Source: Macrostomum lignano
Taxonomy: Eukaryota
Reading direction: 5' to 3'
DNA length: 64,000 nucleotides
Assembly: GCA_002269645.1 (NCBI GenBank)
Contig: NIVC01003678.1
Location: forward strand, 19,314 to 83,313
The notes under the pieces are model-generated. The model was not told where the DNA came from and did not search any database. It saw only the letters and a list, made by a program, of their open reading frames with translations. Made by a program: the position numbers and the translations under genes. Each line of letters begins with the position of its first letter. The first letter of the stretch is position 1. Of the stretch, positions 1 to 12,467 are shown one piece after another.

Positions 1-1911
1 CATGACCATGACTCGCTGGAATGGCTGACAGCGCATTTTGTTGTTGTATGGAGGGCACACCGGCACACCATCATTCCTTATTCAGAGTGTCGCTGTTTCT
101 CCTGCGCTCACTAAGAATATTGTGACGTTGTGTGAAAATCGGTGGCAATAAAGTGCAACGAGCACAGTTGAGATTCTGTCCTGGGTTGGTAGTTTACCCT
201 TCGAATTCGTTGCGACCACTCTTCAAATAGTTGAAAATCATGCAAAGGAAGCACATGAGAAAATATTCTGCTTTCTGCTCCTGAAGATTGAACCGCTGGA
301 TTTTTATTTGTAGTTGCATATCCAGATCCAGACCTGTAGTTGTAAGCTGCGTATTTATAAACAATTCTTTTTCTCTGACTATAGTCTCTGATATAGCATG
401 CATCATATCGAATCTTTATAAATTTTTCATTTAGGGTGAAGTGGAGAAGGCATCCTCAAAAGCATGCGAGCAAATGTACACCCAATGTGCATGCGTTCAG
501 CTTTCAAGTGGGGGGCCTGTTACCCCGTGTGCATCACAGACAAAGAAACAGCACTGATTTACCGGGGATCTTCCTTCCCCTCCGAAGGGTTTTTCTCCTG
601 TCTAGGACAAAAAACTTCCAAGCCTTGTGAAGAGCCTGCCCACCTCAAACCCCGCTTAGTCAGTGGGACTGAGATAGGGAAAGGCAGGCCGTTTAAACAA
701 GCTAAAATGACTCGGCCCGGTTGTGTCCGCTTTCGACCCACGAAAAAGTGAGCCTTCTCTTCCAGTTAGTTATCTAGAATTCTATGCGCCAGGAGTGAGG
801 GTGTCATGCTGATTTATGGACGGGGGAAAATTGCTTTCCAAAACACGGGGATTCGAATGCATTTTCTGGAGCGGGGGCGGACCGAGCCATCCGATGGAAA
901 ATTGAGATCTCCCAGAGAGGGTTACTGGCTCCATCTTTCCTCAGCTCCAGCTTCTCTTCTATCGATTCCCTGGGCGGGGCAGAGCGGGGCTAAATTGATA
1001 TTTATTATATAAATCATATCAAACTTGATCCTAGTGGCTGTTCATCCCTAATGGTGCTGCAATGGATCAGTTTCATAGAATCTCTTATGGCTCGCTTTTC
1101 TCCCTATTAAAGTTCTGCCTTCGGCCTGAGGAATATAAATATATATGGGCCTGGCGTTCACGGATTGTTGAGAGAAATGTCATTTGAAGGCCGAAATATT
1201 TAAATTTATTTCAAACTTACTTCATGTTTAAGTCTGTGAGTCACAGCCTGCGCTTCTGGGATAATTCTGCTCATACAATATCTCTCTCTCATCTCTGTGC
1301 CTTGGAGGTTGGTCCCCATGGCTGCTAATCAGCATCAAGGCCACAGTCACAGTTTTCATTATTCTTGCACACAAACTAGCTTGTACATGATTTGTCCATC
1401 TCTCAATTCTTTGCTGAGCAGCTTGAGTCGGCACAGCCTCCCCTATGATCCATGAGCTTGACTCTGGGGCGATGCAAACTGCCTGCAGATTGAGAGTCTT
1501 GACCGGCAATGCATGCATAACCATGAGAGCCGGGAGAGACAGAAGGGGAACTGCAGGACTTAATGGGATTGAGTTGCAGCAGCAACGGAATGAGATTAGC
1601 ATTCGTTAGGGGATCGCAGATGGGATGGCGGGCGGCCGCTGTGGTGCGATGGCGGGGGCGGCTGATGGAGCCTTGCCAGATCGATCTTGTCGGGGACAAA
1701 TGTCCAGTCACTCACTGCTTCTCAGCTGCTTTTCCCTTACGAGCTGATTCTCTGAGAGATCCGAGTCAAGTTAAAGACCGCGACTCCAGGGGGACGCGGC
1801 TGGGTCTTGTAGCTTTTAGCTTTCCCCTGAAGAATCTAAGGTGAAAGTATCAATAAATTCAATAAATTAAAGCGTTAATCAACTTCATTAAAGCTCATAT
1901 TGGGGAGACAG

Positions 1912-2740
1912 ACCATAAACACAATTGGTGAGGCAGACCACAGACACAATTTGAGGCAGACCACAGACACAATCGGTGAGGCAGACCACAGACACAATCG
2001 GTGAGGCAGACCACAGACACAATCGGTGAGGCAGACCACAGACACAATCGGTGAGGCAGACCACAGACACAATCGGTGAGGCAGACCACAGACACAATCG
2101 GTGAGGCAGACCACAGACACAATCGGTGAGGCAGACCACAGACACAATTAGTAAGGCAGACCACAGACACAATCGGTGAGGCAGACCACAGACACAATCG
2201 GTGAGGCAGACCACAGACACAATCGGTGAGGCAGACCACAGACACAATTGATAAGGCAGACCACAAGACACAATTGATAAGGCAGACCACAAGACACAAT
2301 CGGTGAGGCAGACCACAGACACAATTAGTAAGGCAGACCACAAGACACAATGGCTAAGGCAGACCACAGACAAGGGAGGCTTACCACAAACTCAAGAGAG
2401 AAAGACAGAGACAATGGAGGGGGGACCTCAGACACAAGGGGAACAGATCATAGATACAAGGGGAACAGATCATAGACACAAGGGAAACAGATCATAGACA
2501 CAAGGGAAACAGATCATAGACACAAGGGAAACAGATCATAGATACAAGAGGAACAGATCATAGACACAAGGGGAACAGATCATAGACACAACGGAGACCA
2601 TGCAATTACAGACACAAGACGGATAGACAGATCACAGACACAAGGCAGACAGATCACAGACACAAGGCAGACAGATTACAGACACAAGACGCGCAGATTA
2701 CTGACACAAGGAAGGCAGACCTCAGACACAATAGGGAGAC
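1912..2740. repeat. Compound minisatellite: ~25-bp unit (GGTGAGGCAGACCACAGACACAATC), then ~22-23-bp units (GAACAGATCATAGACACAAGGG)
   Basis: Tandem units directly visible; the overlapping ORFs are repeat translations. Confidence 0.95.
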
Positions 2741-3036
2741 AAACTACAGATTAATAAAGTAAGCCAAAGCCAAAAAACCAGTAACGCCAAACTCACTCTG
2801 ACATTGAAACAAGCGTTCAGCTCTACTGACAGTAGCATAATTTGAAACATATTTCAAGCGTTGACTAAATGATCGTCTATGGTCGGGTGGGGTCGGGGGC
2901 AGCGGATGATACGAGCTAATGAAAGAAAGAGTGTCATAATATAAGCGAGCAACGACGCTTGTAAACTACCAAAAAATCCTCAGACAAACAATTGTTTTAA
3001 TAACAATAGATACAGCAAGCAAGCAATAAACTTGGC

Positions 3037-3250
3037 ATGGACGAGCAGAAACGGAAGGAGCTGGAGAACAAAGCCATCGATCTGATGCGCAATGTGGCCC
3101 AGCGGAAGAACCTGTTCCAGCTCAGAGAGGGCGACGGGAGGCTGGGCTCCATCGATCGTCTGATGCCGGATTTTTATGCCATATTCAGCAGCAATTCCAG
3201 GCTGGCCTACATGCAGCAATGGAGCACCTTCGAGACCATCATCATTGTTG
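3037..3250 (+). CDS. Exon 1 of an orphan putative membrane/coiled-coil protein
   Basis: ATG at 3037, high GC3 codon usage, GTGAGG donor at 3251 (phase 1) that joins in frame to the acceptor at 3845. Confidence 0.7.
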
Positions 3251-3329
3251 GTGAGGCCGGCTGACTGCTTGCGTAATCACAGGCGTGTTTGGGCACTGAT
3301 TTGTCATTTTCAAAATAGTCTTCGTTTTA

Positions 3330-3760
3330 AACAAATCAATCTGCCATTTTTAAAACTATTACCAATCTGCCATTTTTCAATATCAAACTGCCATTTTTTG
3401 AATATCAATCTGCCATTTTTGAATACCAATCTGCCATTGTTCAATATCAAACTGCCATTCTTTGAATATCAATCTGCCATTTTTTAAATATCAATCTGCC
3501 ATTTTTGAATATCAATCTGCCATTTTTGAATATCAATCTTCCATTTTTTCAATATAAATCTGCCATCTTCAATACCAATCTGCTATTTTAAATAACAATT
3601 TGCCATTTTCACTATAGATCTGCCATTTTTAAATAACAATTTGCCATTTTCAACATCAATCTGCCACTTTTCAATACCGATCTGCCATTTTTAAGAAATC
3701 AATTTGCCATTTTCAACATCAATGTGCCATTTTTTCAAAAATCAATCTACCATTTTAACA
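3330..3760. repeat. Intronic ~22-bp minisatellite (TATCAATCTGCCATTTTTGAA-like)
   Basis: Degenerate tandem units fill the intron. Confidence 0.9.
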
Positions 3761-3845
3761 AAACAAATTGCCTTTTTCAATTTCCTTATTTTTAATCCGC
3801 CATTCTCAAAGCCAGCCAAGCCAAAGCACTTCCACCCGCCCGCAG

Positions 3846-4184
3846 TGCCCATGGCGGTGCTCCTGCTGGCAGCCCTCATCAGCATCAGCAGCAAGCTCGC
3901 CCAGATCGCCCTCGACCTGCTCGTGTCGCTCTCCGTCAGCTGCTCGCACATCTGGCAGCACGGCGTTCACCTGTCGCAGCAGACGGCATCCGCCGACAAC
4001 GACAACAGAAGCGGCAATGGGCGGGAGCTGCCGCCGCCGCTGCGCATGATTCGTTGGCTGGACGACAAAGGCGTCGCCAGTGCCTGGGACGTCATGCGGC
4101 TGCCGCGGCCGGACAACCGGGCTGAGCGGCTGCGCCAGCTGGCCAGCAGCTTGAGGCGGATGCGCGAGGAGCGAAATGCGCTGC
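3846..4184 (+). CDS. Exon 2 of the orphan protein (hydrophobic segment VPMAVLLLAALISI, then a predicted coiled coil)
   Basis: CGCAG acceptor, strong GC3 bias in this frame, GTACGT donor at 4185; spliced frame reads ...IIIV-VPMAVLL... Confidence 0.7.
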
Positions 4185-4267
4185 GTACGTTGCTAGGGGG
4201 AATTTGGAAGCAGAAACTGGGGGGGGGGGTGCGGAAGCAGAAATTGGAGGAACGTAAAAGCCGAGAA

Positions 4268-5212
4268 CTGATCACCCTGATCAAACTGAGAACCCCTGAT
4301 CAAACTGAGGTCACCCTGATCAAACTGAGATCACCCTGATCAAACTGAGATCACCCTCATCAAACTGAGGTCACCCTGATCAAACTGAGATCACCCTGAT
4401 CAAACTGAGATCACCCTCATCAAACTGAGATCACCCTGATCAAACTGAGATCACCCTGATCAAACTGAGAACCCCTGATCAAACTGAGAACCCCTGATCA
4501 AACAGGTCACCCTGATCAAACTGAGATCACCCTGATCAAACTGAGAACCCCTGATCAAACTGAGGTCACCCTGATCAAACTGAGATCACCCTCATCAAAC
4601 TGAGATCACCCTCATCAAACTGAGATCACCCTGATGAAACTGAGATCACCCTGATCAAACTGAGATCACCCTGATCAAACTGAGATCACCCTGATCAAAC
4701 TGAGGTCACCCTGATGAAACTGAGATCACCCTCATCAAACTGAGATCACCCTCATCAAACTGAGATCACCCTGATGAAACTGAGATCACCCTGATGAAAC
4801 TGAGGTCACCCTGATCAAACTGAGACCACCCTGATGAAACTGAGATCACCCTGATCAAACTGAGATCACCCTGATGAAACTGAGAACCCCCTCATCAAAC
4901 TGAGATCACCCTGATGAAACTGAGAACCCCCCTCATCTAACTGAGACCACCCTGATGAAACTGAGATCACCCTCATCAAACTGAGATCACCCTCATCAAA
5001 CTGAGACCACCCTGATGAAACTGAGATCACCCTCATCAAACTGAAATCACAATCATCAAACTGAGACCACCCTGCTCAAACTGAGATCACCCTCATCAAA
5101 CTGAGACCACCCTGATCAAACTGAGATCACCCTGATCAAACTGAGATCACCCTGATCAAACTGAGAACCCCTGATCAAACTGAGAACCCCCTGATCAAAC
5201 TGAGATCACCAG
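4268..5212. repeat. Intronic 20-bp minisatellite (TCACCCTGATCAAACTGAGA)
   Basis: Dozens of tandem units. Confidence 0.97.
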
Positions 5213-5258
5213 CATCAAAGCAATCATACGCTGTAAAAACTTCTTCAAATGCTTGCAG

Positions 5259-5305
5259 AGAAACGCCGCAGCATACTGAAGGAGGGCCCACCGGATCATC
5301 GGTAG
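5259..5305 (+). CDS. Candidate terminal exon of the orphan gene (QKRRSILKEGPPDHR*); an alternative acceptor at 5212 keeps a longer frame open
   Basis: TTGCAG acceptor and phase compatibility only; no homology support. Confidence 0.3.
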
Positions 5306-6029
5306 CCACAGAGACAGTCCAGATTTACAACTGCGCGTAAATCATTAAGATTAACAACCTTGATTATTAACAGGCAATTTCTAATATTTAAAGACAACGC
5401 GCAAAACATACTACTTTTAAATTAAGTGAGTAGAAAAGTATGGGAATTATTTGACTTTTTTGCAGTAGTTGAATATATATGTATATTGAAGTATGAATTT
5501 ATTTATTATTTATGCAATATATTTACAGAGACACAAAACAGCTGATAACACGATCTTGAGTGTGTGCAATAGGCATATTTACGCTACATAGCTGGGGACA
5601 CTGGATGAGTAGTATATAAAGGATATTAAAGAATGGCCAGTCTTGTGTTAATAGATGTACAGAACGAAGTTTCAGATTCAACATTTTAAACAATCATACA
5701 GGCAGCATGGACAGGTGAGAGAGTAAAATATTATTAATAATAAAAATAACAATAGGGGTCACTCCGGGTCAAATGTAAAATGAATTAGGCAACTGTGTAA
5801 AAATAGGAGTCAAAATGGTGATAAAGTAAATAATGCTTGATAATAAACTAATTAGGTAATTACATTAATTAAAAAGGACACCAATTGCAGAGTAATTACG
5901 CATAATATATATACACAAACGTAAACAATAGATAAACATATGCCAGGGCTGTTGCCAAAGTACTTGAAATTTTAGCCACAACTCCATCCAGCCAACTTGC
6001 TGAGAGGAATGCAGTGCAGTGCAGGCACC

Positions 6030-6335
6030 AATAACAATAACAATTGATTTCATCTACCCCAGTTGGGCGATATATGCAACCGACAGCTCAGCCGCAGCTA
6101 TTGCGCGGCGCTTCTGAAGGCTGTCTACGGCTGTTCAGTCCAAGGACTGGGGGGTCGCCACACACCATCAATTACCCCAGCTAATGCTGACACCCATTTT
6201 ACAGCTGGGTGAACTGAAGCAATGCAGAGTTAAGTGCCTTGCTCAAGGACACAAATTGTTCCGAGTGGGATCGGGAATCGAACCCCCAACCTTCAAATCG
6301 TGAATCCGATGCTCTAGCCACTAGGCTACAGACCC
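6030..6335 (-). mobile_element. tRNA-derived SINE
   Basis: Minus strand has an A box (TAGCCTAGTGG), a B box (GGTTCGATTCC), a central GTGTCCTTGAGCAAGGCACTTAAC motif recalled from V/Meta-type SINE cores, and a (TTATTG)n tail. Confidence 0.8.
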
Positions 6336-7207
6336 TCTATGGGATCAAAGAAGATCCAACAGCACTTCAGTCTGACAACAGTGACGGAGACCACTCAATT
6401 CACCACCATTCAATGGAGCAGATGCGCAAGGAGTTGCGACTGAAATCTCAGCTCATCTGGATGTCCAAACTTGTATGCAACAGACCTCATACTAATATTA
6501 ATTAAAGTGCTATTTATCACTGTGCAGTAAGCAAAATAATGATACATCAATTATTAGGCATTCAATGAAACTCCCCAAAAAATGTTATCTTGCTGCCAAC
6601 GAACTGACCGAGAGGACGCGGACGCCTAAGAAGATAGAAAAGATATATAACAGGAGAAATATAACAACAATCAGAGGAATATATACAATAGCTAATAGTT
6701 AATGAATTGACAAACAAACTAGGTAATCGCGTACTTCCCCCTTCAATAGCTTGCAAAGATGCCAAGGTCAATAACAATAAATCACACTTCATTAACGCCA
6801 AGCAGAGCCTCTAGCGGCATCTGAAGCAAAATAGCGACTCTCCTGTGCAAAAGCAACCAGCGATTCAGATGTTACATGAATAAAAACAGCAAGTAAGAGT
6901 AAAAAAAGATGGCTACAAACAAACACGAGAGACAGATATTAATGACAAAATCTCCCTTTGACAGGGGGGGGGGGAGTTGGAGCGGCAGAAACAAGGGGGA
7001 GAGGGAGGAGACAGGTCAATGCAGGGAGCAGCTGCCGATCAAAACAGTTACAAAAAAACGGTAAAGTAATGCAATATTACGTCCTTATAACAGTCTCCAG
7101 GGCGGGTAAGCGCGCTGAGTGAGTGAATGAGTCAGTATAATATGTGCTGCTGACTTTTCAAGACAATATCATGCAAAAACTAGTTAAAGCAGCAGATATA
7201 GAATAGC

Positions 7208-8677
7208 TTATACTTCCGCGTCAGCATCCTTGGGCCAGGTGATGTCGAGATTGTCAGACTCCGGATGCAGAGTGTAGAATCCAACCATGTCGGCGGCGGC
7301 AGCGGCGGCGGTCAAGGCGGATTTGCGCGAACTGGACGCCACGGCTCCCGTCGCGGCGGGGGGGCTGGCGGAGGCGGCAGCCCCTGCAGCGGCACCGGCG
7401 GATGTAGCAGCGGTTCCGCCGCGACCGTGATGCCGGCAGTAGGTGTGGTCGGCGTAGGGCAGAGCGTAGGGCACGGGAGTGTCGGACCAGAGGCTGGCGG
7501 AGGTGGCTGCGGCCGGCTGCCTGGCAGCCCGGCCCGGCCCGGACGGCCGGACGGCGGCGGCTTTGCGACGTCGGCGACGACCTGCGGCGTTGAGCGCTAA
7601 GTCGAGCGTTACGCACTGGCGCATGCGGCAGCGCTGCCGCTCCAGCAGGCGATTCCTGCCGCCGTATTTCGGCATGTCCAAACAGAAGTCGCAGCGGCCG
7701 CAGTCGCTGACCCGAAGGCAGGGCGCGCACCGGCCGCAGCGTCTGGCAGCTGGGCCGTCGCCAGCGCCGCCAACGCCCAACCCATCGTCAATGTCGTCAT
7801 CGTCCAAATCCGAGTCGTCGGAGTCGTCGTCGTCGTCGGAGATGCCGCGCCGATGATCGTCGTCGGTCTCGGTGGACGAAGCGGCCGAGGAGCGGCTGCG
7901 GCGCTCGGCGGGCAGCAGAAGGTCCTCCGCCTGCGGCAGCCCGAAATCGTCTTCGTCCTCATCCTCATTGGCATTGGGCACCAGCGCTGGCATCGACGGC
8001 TGTTGCTGCTTCCGTGAGTTTTTTGTTGCCTGCTGTTGTTGTTGCTGCTGCTTGCCGGCACTGGCGGCCCGGCGGCCGCGCTTCTTGGGCTCACCAGCCG
8101 GAGCGGCGGCGTTAGAAGCGGCAGCAACTGCAGCGGCCTGTTTAGAAGTTGAATCGGTGGTCGCCGCCGATTTTCTCTTTCTTCCTCTGGCTGGCGGAGT
8201 CGGCGCCGATGCCGCTGCTGCCGCCTCGGATGCCCGCTTGCGCTTGGCTGCTGGCTGGCCGCTGTGATTAGCGCCGGATTTTGAAGCCTTCGCAGAACTG
8301 GCCGCAGCGGTTTTCTTGTCCTCGGAGCCGGCCTGCTGGGACTGGCCGCGCTTCCGGGAGGCTGAGCCAGTCTGAGCGACGGCAACCGGCGCCCGGCCTT
8401 TCTTATACTGAATAGCCAAGCCCGGATGCTTTTTCAAGCACTTTGAACAATAGAACTTGTTAATAGCGGCCGCGTCCTTCGAGCTGACCCCGATGCAGTC
8501 GCCGTGGTACCACTCCTCACATTTGTCGCAGGCGATCATAAATCTGTCAATGTCGGTAGATCGGCACACGCACCAGGCCTGCAGGTCGCTAGAGGCTGAG
8601 GAGGCCGACTTCTTTTTTGAAGCGGCTGTACCGCCGCCGCCGCTCTGTTGCCGCTGCTTGCTGGCAGCGCCGCGTTT
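7208..8677 (-). CDS. CXXC1: CXXC1/CFP1-like protein, main exon (PHD finger + CXXC zinc finger)
   Basis: PHD WCVCRSTDIDRFMIACDKCEEWYHGDC...FYCSKC; CXXC CGRCAPC..CGRCDFCLDMPKYGG..RQRCRMRQC; pyrimidine-rich acceptor at 8678 in phase 0. Confidence 0.9.
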   Translation of the reverse strand, partial: KRGAASKQRQQSGGGGTAASKKKSASSASSDLQAWCVCRSTDIDRFMIACDKCEEWYHGDCIGVSSKDAAAINKFYCSKCLKKHPGLAIQYKKGRAPVAVAQTGSASRKRGQSQQAGSEDKKTAAASSAKASKSGANHSGQPAAKRKRASEAAAAASAPTPPARGRKRKSAATTDSTSKQAAAVAAASNAAAPAGEPKKRGRRAASAGKQQQQQQQATKNSRKQQQPSMPALVPNANEDEDEDDFGLPQAEDLLLPAERRSRSSAASSTETDDDHRRGISDDDDDSDDSDLDDDDIDDGLGVGGAGDGPAARRCGRCAPCLRVSDCGRCDFCLDMPKYGGRNRLLERQRCRMRQCVTLDLALNAAGRRRRRKAAAVRPSGPGRAARQPAAATSASLWSDTPVPYALPYADHTYCRHHGRGGTAATSAGAAAGAAASASPPAATGAVASSSRKSALTAAAAAADMVGFYTLHPESDNLDITWPKDADAEV

Positions 8678-9260
8678 CTAAGAAAAGGGAGAAGCGAAGG
8701 ACATTATGAAGCTGTAGAGTTGAGGAGATATCTAATGAGACAATTGAGCCACTATTTGCATAGTTTACCTAAAAACTTTATTAGAATTGTCCATTAAAAA
8801 CAATCAAGAAGTGTTTTGATTGTTACAGAACATAACTATTAGACCAAAGAAAAATTATTACTTAAGGAAAAAAGGACAATCAATTAAGGATTTGTTTATC
8901 TTTTAACTAAGTTGCATAGCTGGTGTTATTTAACAGGTTGTGCACATGTAATGACCTAGTAATAATTCACAACCATAGGTTATTGTGATGCAATGCCAGA
9001 ACCAGTATTATCCAATAAAAAGCAGGCCTATAAGAACATTAATAATACAACTGTACTTTTTACTGTACAGAGACTAATAAGATTTTAAAGTTACTTTTTG
9101 TGTTTTTATTGCATTTGATAACTGTTATGTGCCTAAGTAAAAAGACACTCCTACTTTTGAATATTGGTAAATATAATTTATTGATACAAAAGGGTCTAAT
9201 ACAACTAAAATAGCCAAAACCTTTACAACAAAACAATAATAGCAAGTCCTAATTCTAGAA

Positions 9261-9716
9261 CAGTGTTCCCACTCAGCAACCTTCATTTTTTTGTGCCAAG
9301 CCATTCATTTTTGCGCCATGGATATTTTTTGCACCACTATCACTCTTTACCTCTAAGGCTATAATGTAGTATGATGCCCATTGAGACATTAAAAACACTC
9401 AAATACCTAATATTCATGCATCTCAATCATAAATCATCCAATTTTTGATGAGATAAAACACTACAACTTGGCAAAAAATGGGTCAAAAAATGGCAACAAC
9501 AGCATGGGCATCAGACTATTAATTTCTCTAAATCAAAATTGCAATTATAAAACATATTAGTTTCTAAAAAAGCATCCAAAAATGCGGAAAGGGTTACAAT
9601 TTAGGCACAAATTTTCCACATTTTTAGATTTGCATTGAACTTTATTAATTATGCATTCACGCCATATTGCCTCATTTTCAGGCATGGTACAAATTTGTGC
9701 CAAAGTGGGAACACTG
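9261..9716. mobile_element. hAT-like MITE in the CXXC1 intron
   Basis: TIRs CAGTGTTCCCACT / AGTGGGAACACTG; 8-bp flanks TTCTAGAA / CTCTAGAA (7/8 match). Confidence 0.75.
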
Positions 9717-11622
9717 CTCTAGAATACATAAGAAAGGCTATAAAAATAGATTTGTAATTATAATTAAGCATATTAAAGGTTGGTACTTGACTAGGGGTAA
9801 CAAAAACTAATCTTATTAAAGACTAATAATTTAGTAGGATTTTTAAAGTTATTTTTAAGTATTTTTTCTATTTTATTTGATTTTAGTGGCTGTGGAGGCA
9901 ATAAAGCTAACCTAAAAAGTAAAAAAAGATTTTGCAAAAGTTTTAAGCATATATATTATCAAAGACTGGTTAAAAATTAAAAAATTATATCGACTTTACA
10001 TTCCAGTATCAGGAATATATGCTTATATACCACTGTACACTAAAATAAAATTTCCCTTCCTACGACCTAGCTTCTATATGCAAATGGACTTAAGCAAATT
10101 TAGCAAAAATCTTGTCAAATTAGGAAATAGAATAATTCAATCTAATCTATAGCTTATTAATTCTTTTGGTACAATGGCACTTATATGACAATGCATATAT
10201 ATATTAAATTTCCTTTTCAATCAAGTTTGTTTTATGTATTATTTATCCAGTACTTTTTAAATATGCTTTAGTTTCTTAGATATGTTTGTTTCATTCTTAA
10301 CGATGCATGATGTCTATTTTAATCAAACATTTTTCTATCAAATGTCATGTAAGAGTTTAGTAGCTAGAGTCTTAAGGCATCTCTTTGCCATAGAAATCTA
10401 AATGTATCAATTGATAGTACTTCTATTCTGATTTACATTTTTTGCAACAGAAATACACTCATGCCCACCTTATACTTAAGTTTAAGTCATGTGTTACACT
10501 ATTAACAAAGGGAATAGGGGTTGGTCTAATAGAAAGCTTATATTTAAAGCCTTGGTTATAATCAATAAATCTGACTTAAAAGCCTTGTTGCTGAATTTGC
10601 TAGATTGTTGCCGAATTTACTTTCAACAAATTTGTTGTATTAAAATTGTTAAAATGTTTAATTTGTTGAGTATATCAAATTTCTATTGCCAAATTTGTTT
10701 ATTACCAAATTTGCATATATCTATAATAAGGTTATTAGCATCTTAAATTTTTAGGTTTTATTGAAGTTTATATTGCTAAAAATTATTGTAGTTTATTTAA
10801 TTCTAAGTTCTTCAAGTATTAATTCAATGCAATTTATTTAGAAAAATATTACTTCTATACCATTTATTTAAATCTAGGTTATTTTTACATTTTTGATAGT
10901 CATCTTAGGTTTAAGGTTTAGCCTTCTAAACCTAATAATTTTAAATTTAGAGGTTATGCTTTTCAAAATAATTATGTTTTAGTATCACAATTGATAGTTT
11001 TAAAAAGCCACAATGTCATAGACTCATCGCCATAGAACATGGATACCACACTTTGGATCATGTAATATACACAAAAAAATTGGACATGTATTGGCCTTGC
11101 ATGCCAAAAGTAGTTGTGCACCATTGGTGTGCATCACTCCTAAGAAAATAGTATGCGTGCACACCTAGCATATGGACTTAATAAAATCATGCAAAAGAGC
11201 TATTGTGAAGTAGAAAAAAGATGATAACAAAATAGCTAAACAAATATTTGCATGTATTGAATTTCCACTGTAAATACTATCTCCAAATAAGCATAAAAAA
11301 TCTAAATATTTGCCAAAAAGGGTTTATTATGCAACTTAAAAAAAGTCTTTTATTGTCACAATGTCAAAGTCATTAATTGTTGCAACACTGACATAGTTTT
11401 GAGAATGGGCGTGCACTCAATTTTTTTGGCATGCATTTGTAGTTATTGAATTTTTGTTTGGGCGTGCACCCAGCATGATCCGGACTATGGCATAGATAGG
11501 CCCTATGATTAAAAATAGAAAAATTAAGTTTGAGCGAAGTGGGAGTCAGAAAATCGCATAGCAATTATATTTGCTACACAGAAATATACAAAATGACAGG
11601 AGACAAAATAAAAAGTGCTTAC

Positions 11623-11793
11623 AGGTTTAACATGGTTTGCAATAATTAAATTCTCGGACGGATCCTCTTTCTTAGTGGACTTTTTACTCGCTTTTGTGTT
11701 GTCCTGATTCTTTGCTCGAGTTGGTACTGTATTGTCCTTGGCATTTTTAGTTGGACTTCTAGATTTATTGTTTCGAGAGCTTGATCGAGTCAT
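11623..11793 (-). CDS. CXXC1: Probable first coding exon of the CXXC1-like gene (MTRSSSRNNK...NHVKP)
   Basis: ATG, 57 codons, GTAAGC donor in phase 0 matching the acceptor at 8678; basic low-complexity sequence. Confidence 0.6.
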
Positions 11794-12467
11794 TTTTACT
11801 TGATAATAATAAAAAACTGATAAAACATACCTAAAAGTAAAAGTATCACTTAAGATTTGTATAATACATCTGTAACAGCATTGTGCAGAAACAGAAACGG
11901 TAGAGTAAATTCTAACAATTACAAGTTTTGAATAAAAACACCTGCATTGGTTAGAAGACGTTGATATTTTTTAAAGTCGTTATTTACGATTACTTTAACG
12001 TTCTTTGCTTGATCAAAATAATATTAGAGCAAAGCTAAAAATAAGAACAATAAAGGTCTTTAAAAATTCAAAATTCAGATTGCAAAAAGGAGACCTTTTT
12101 ATAATATCAGAATATATCACCAATATGCTCTTACAAGCACAGGTACATGCATGCGTTTTCCGGCAGTGAAGCACAGATGCATGCATAAAGTCTAATTTTT
12201 GAACGGTCCTGCGTCCCTAAGGATTATGGCAACCGTGAACGAGTTAGGTAGTGACTTCAATTTTTTTCGACCAGCTGTTGCCTCTTATTGCATCGATGTA
12301 AAGCCGACGTATAACGTTTTTAATTGTCGGAAAATGAAAAAATACTTGCTTTTAATTGGCCATTCAGCAAAATTAACATTAATATATATTACGCTGAATG
12401 CGTCGCCTGACGTCGGATTTCTTTACGGGGTGCTTCAATTCTGTACCATACAGGCATTCACATATAT

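Noticed and set aside
6260-6335. tRNA gene
   Set aside because: The A and B boxes continue into a SINE body and tail, and no matching acceptor stem is visible.
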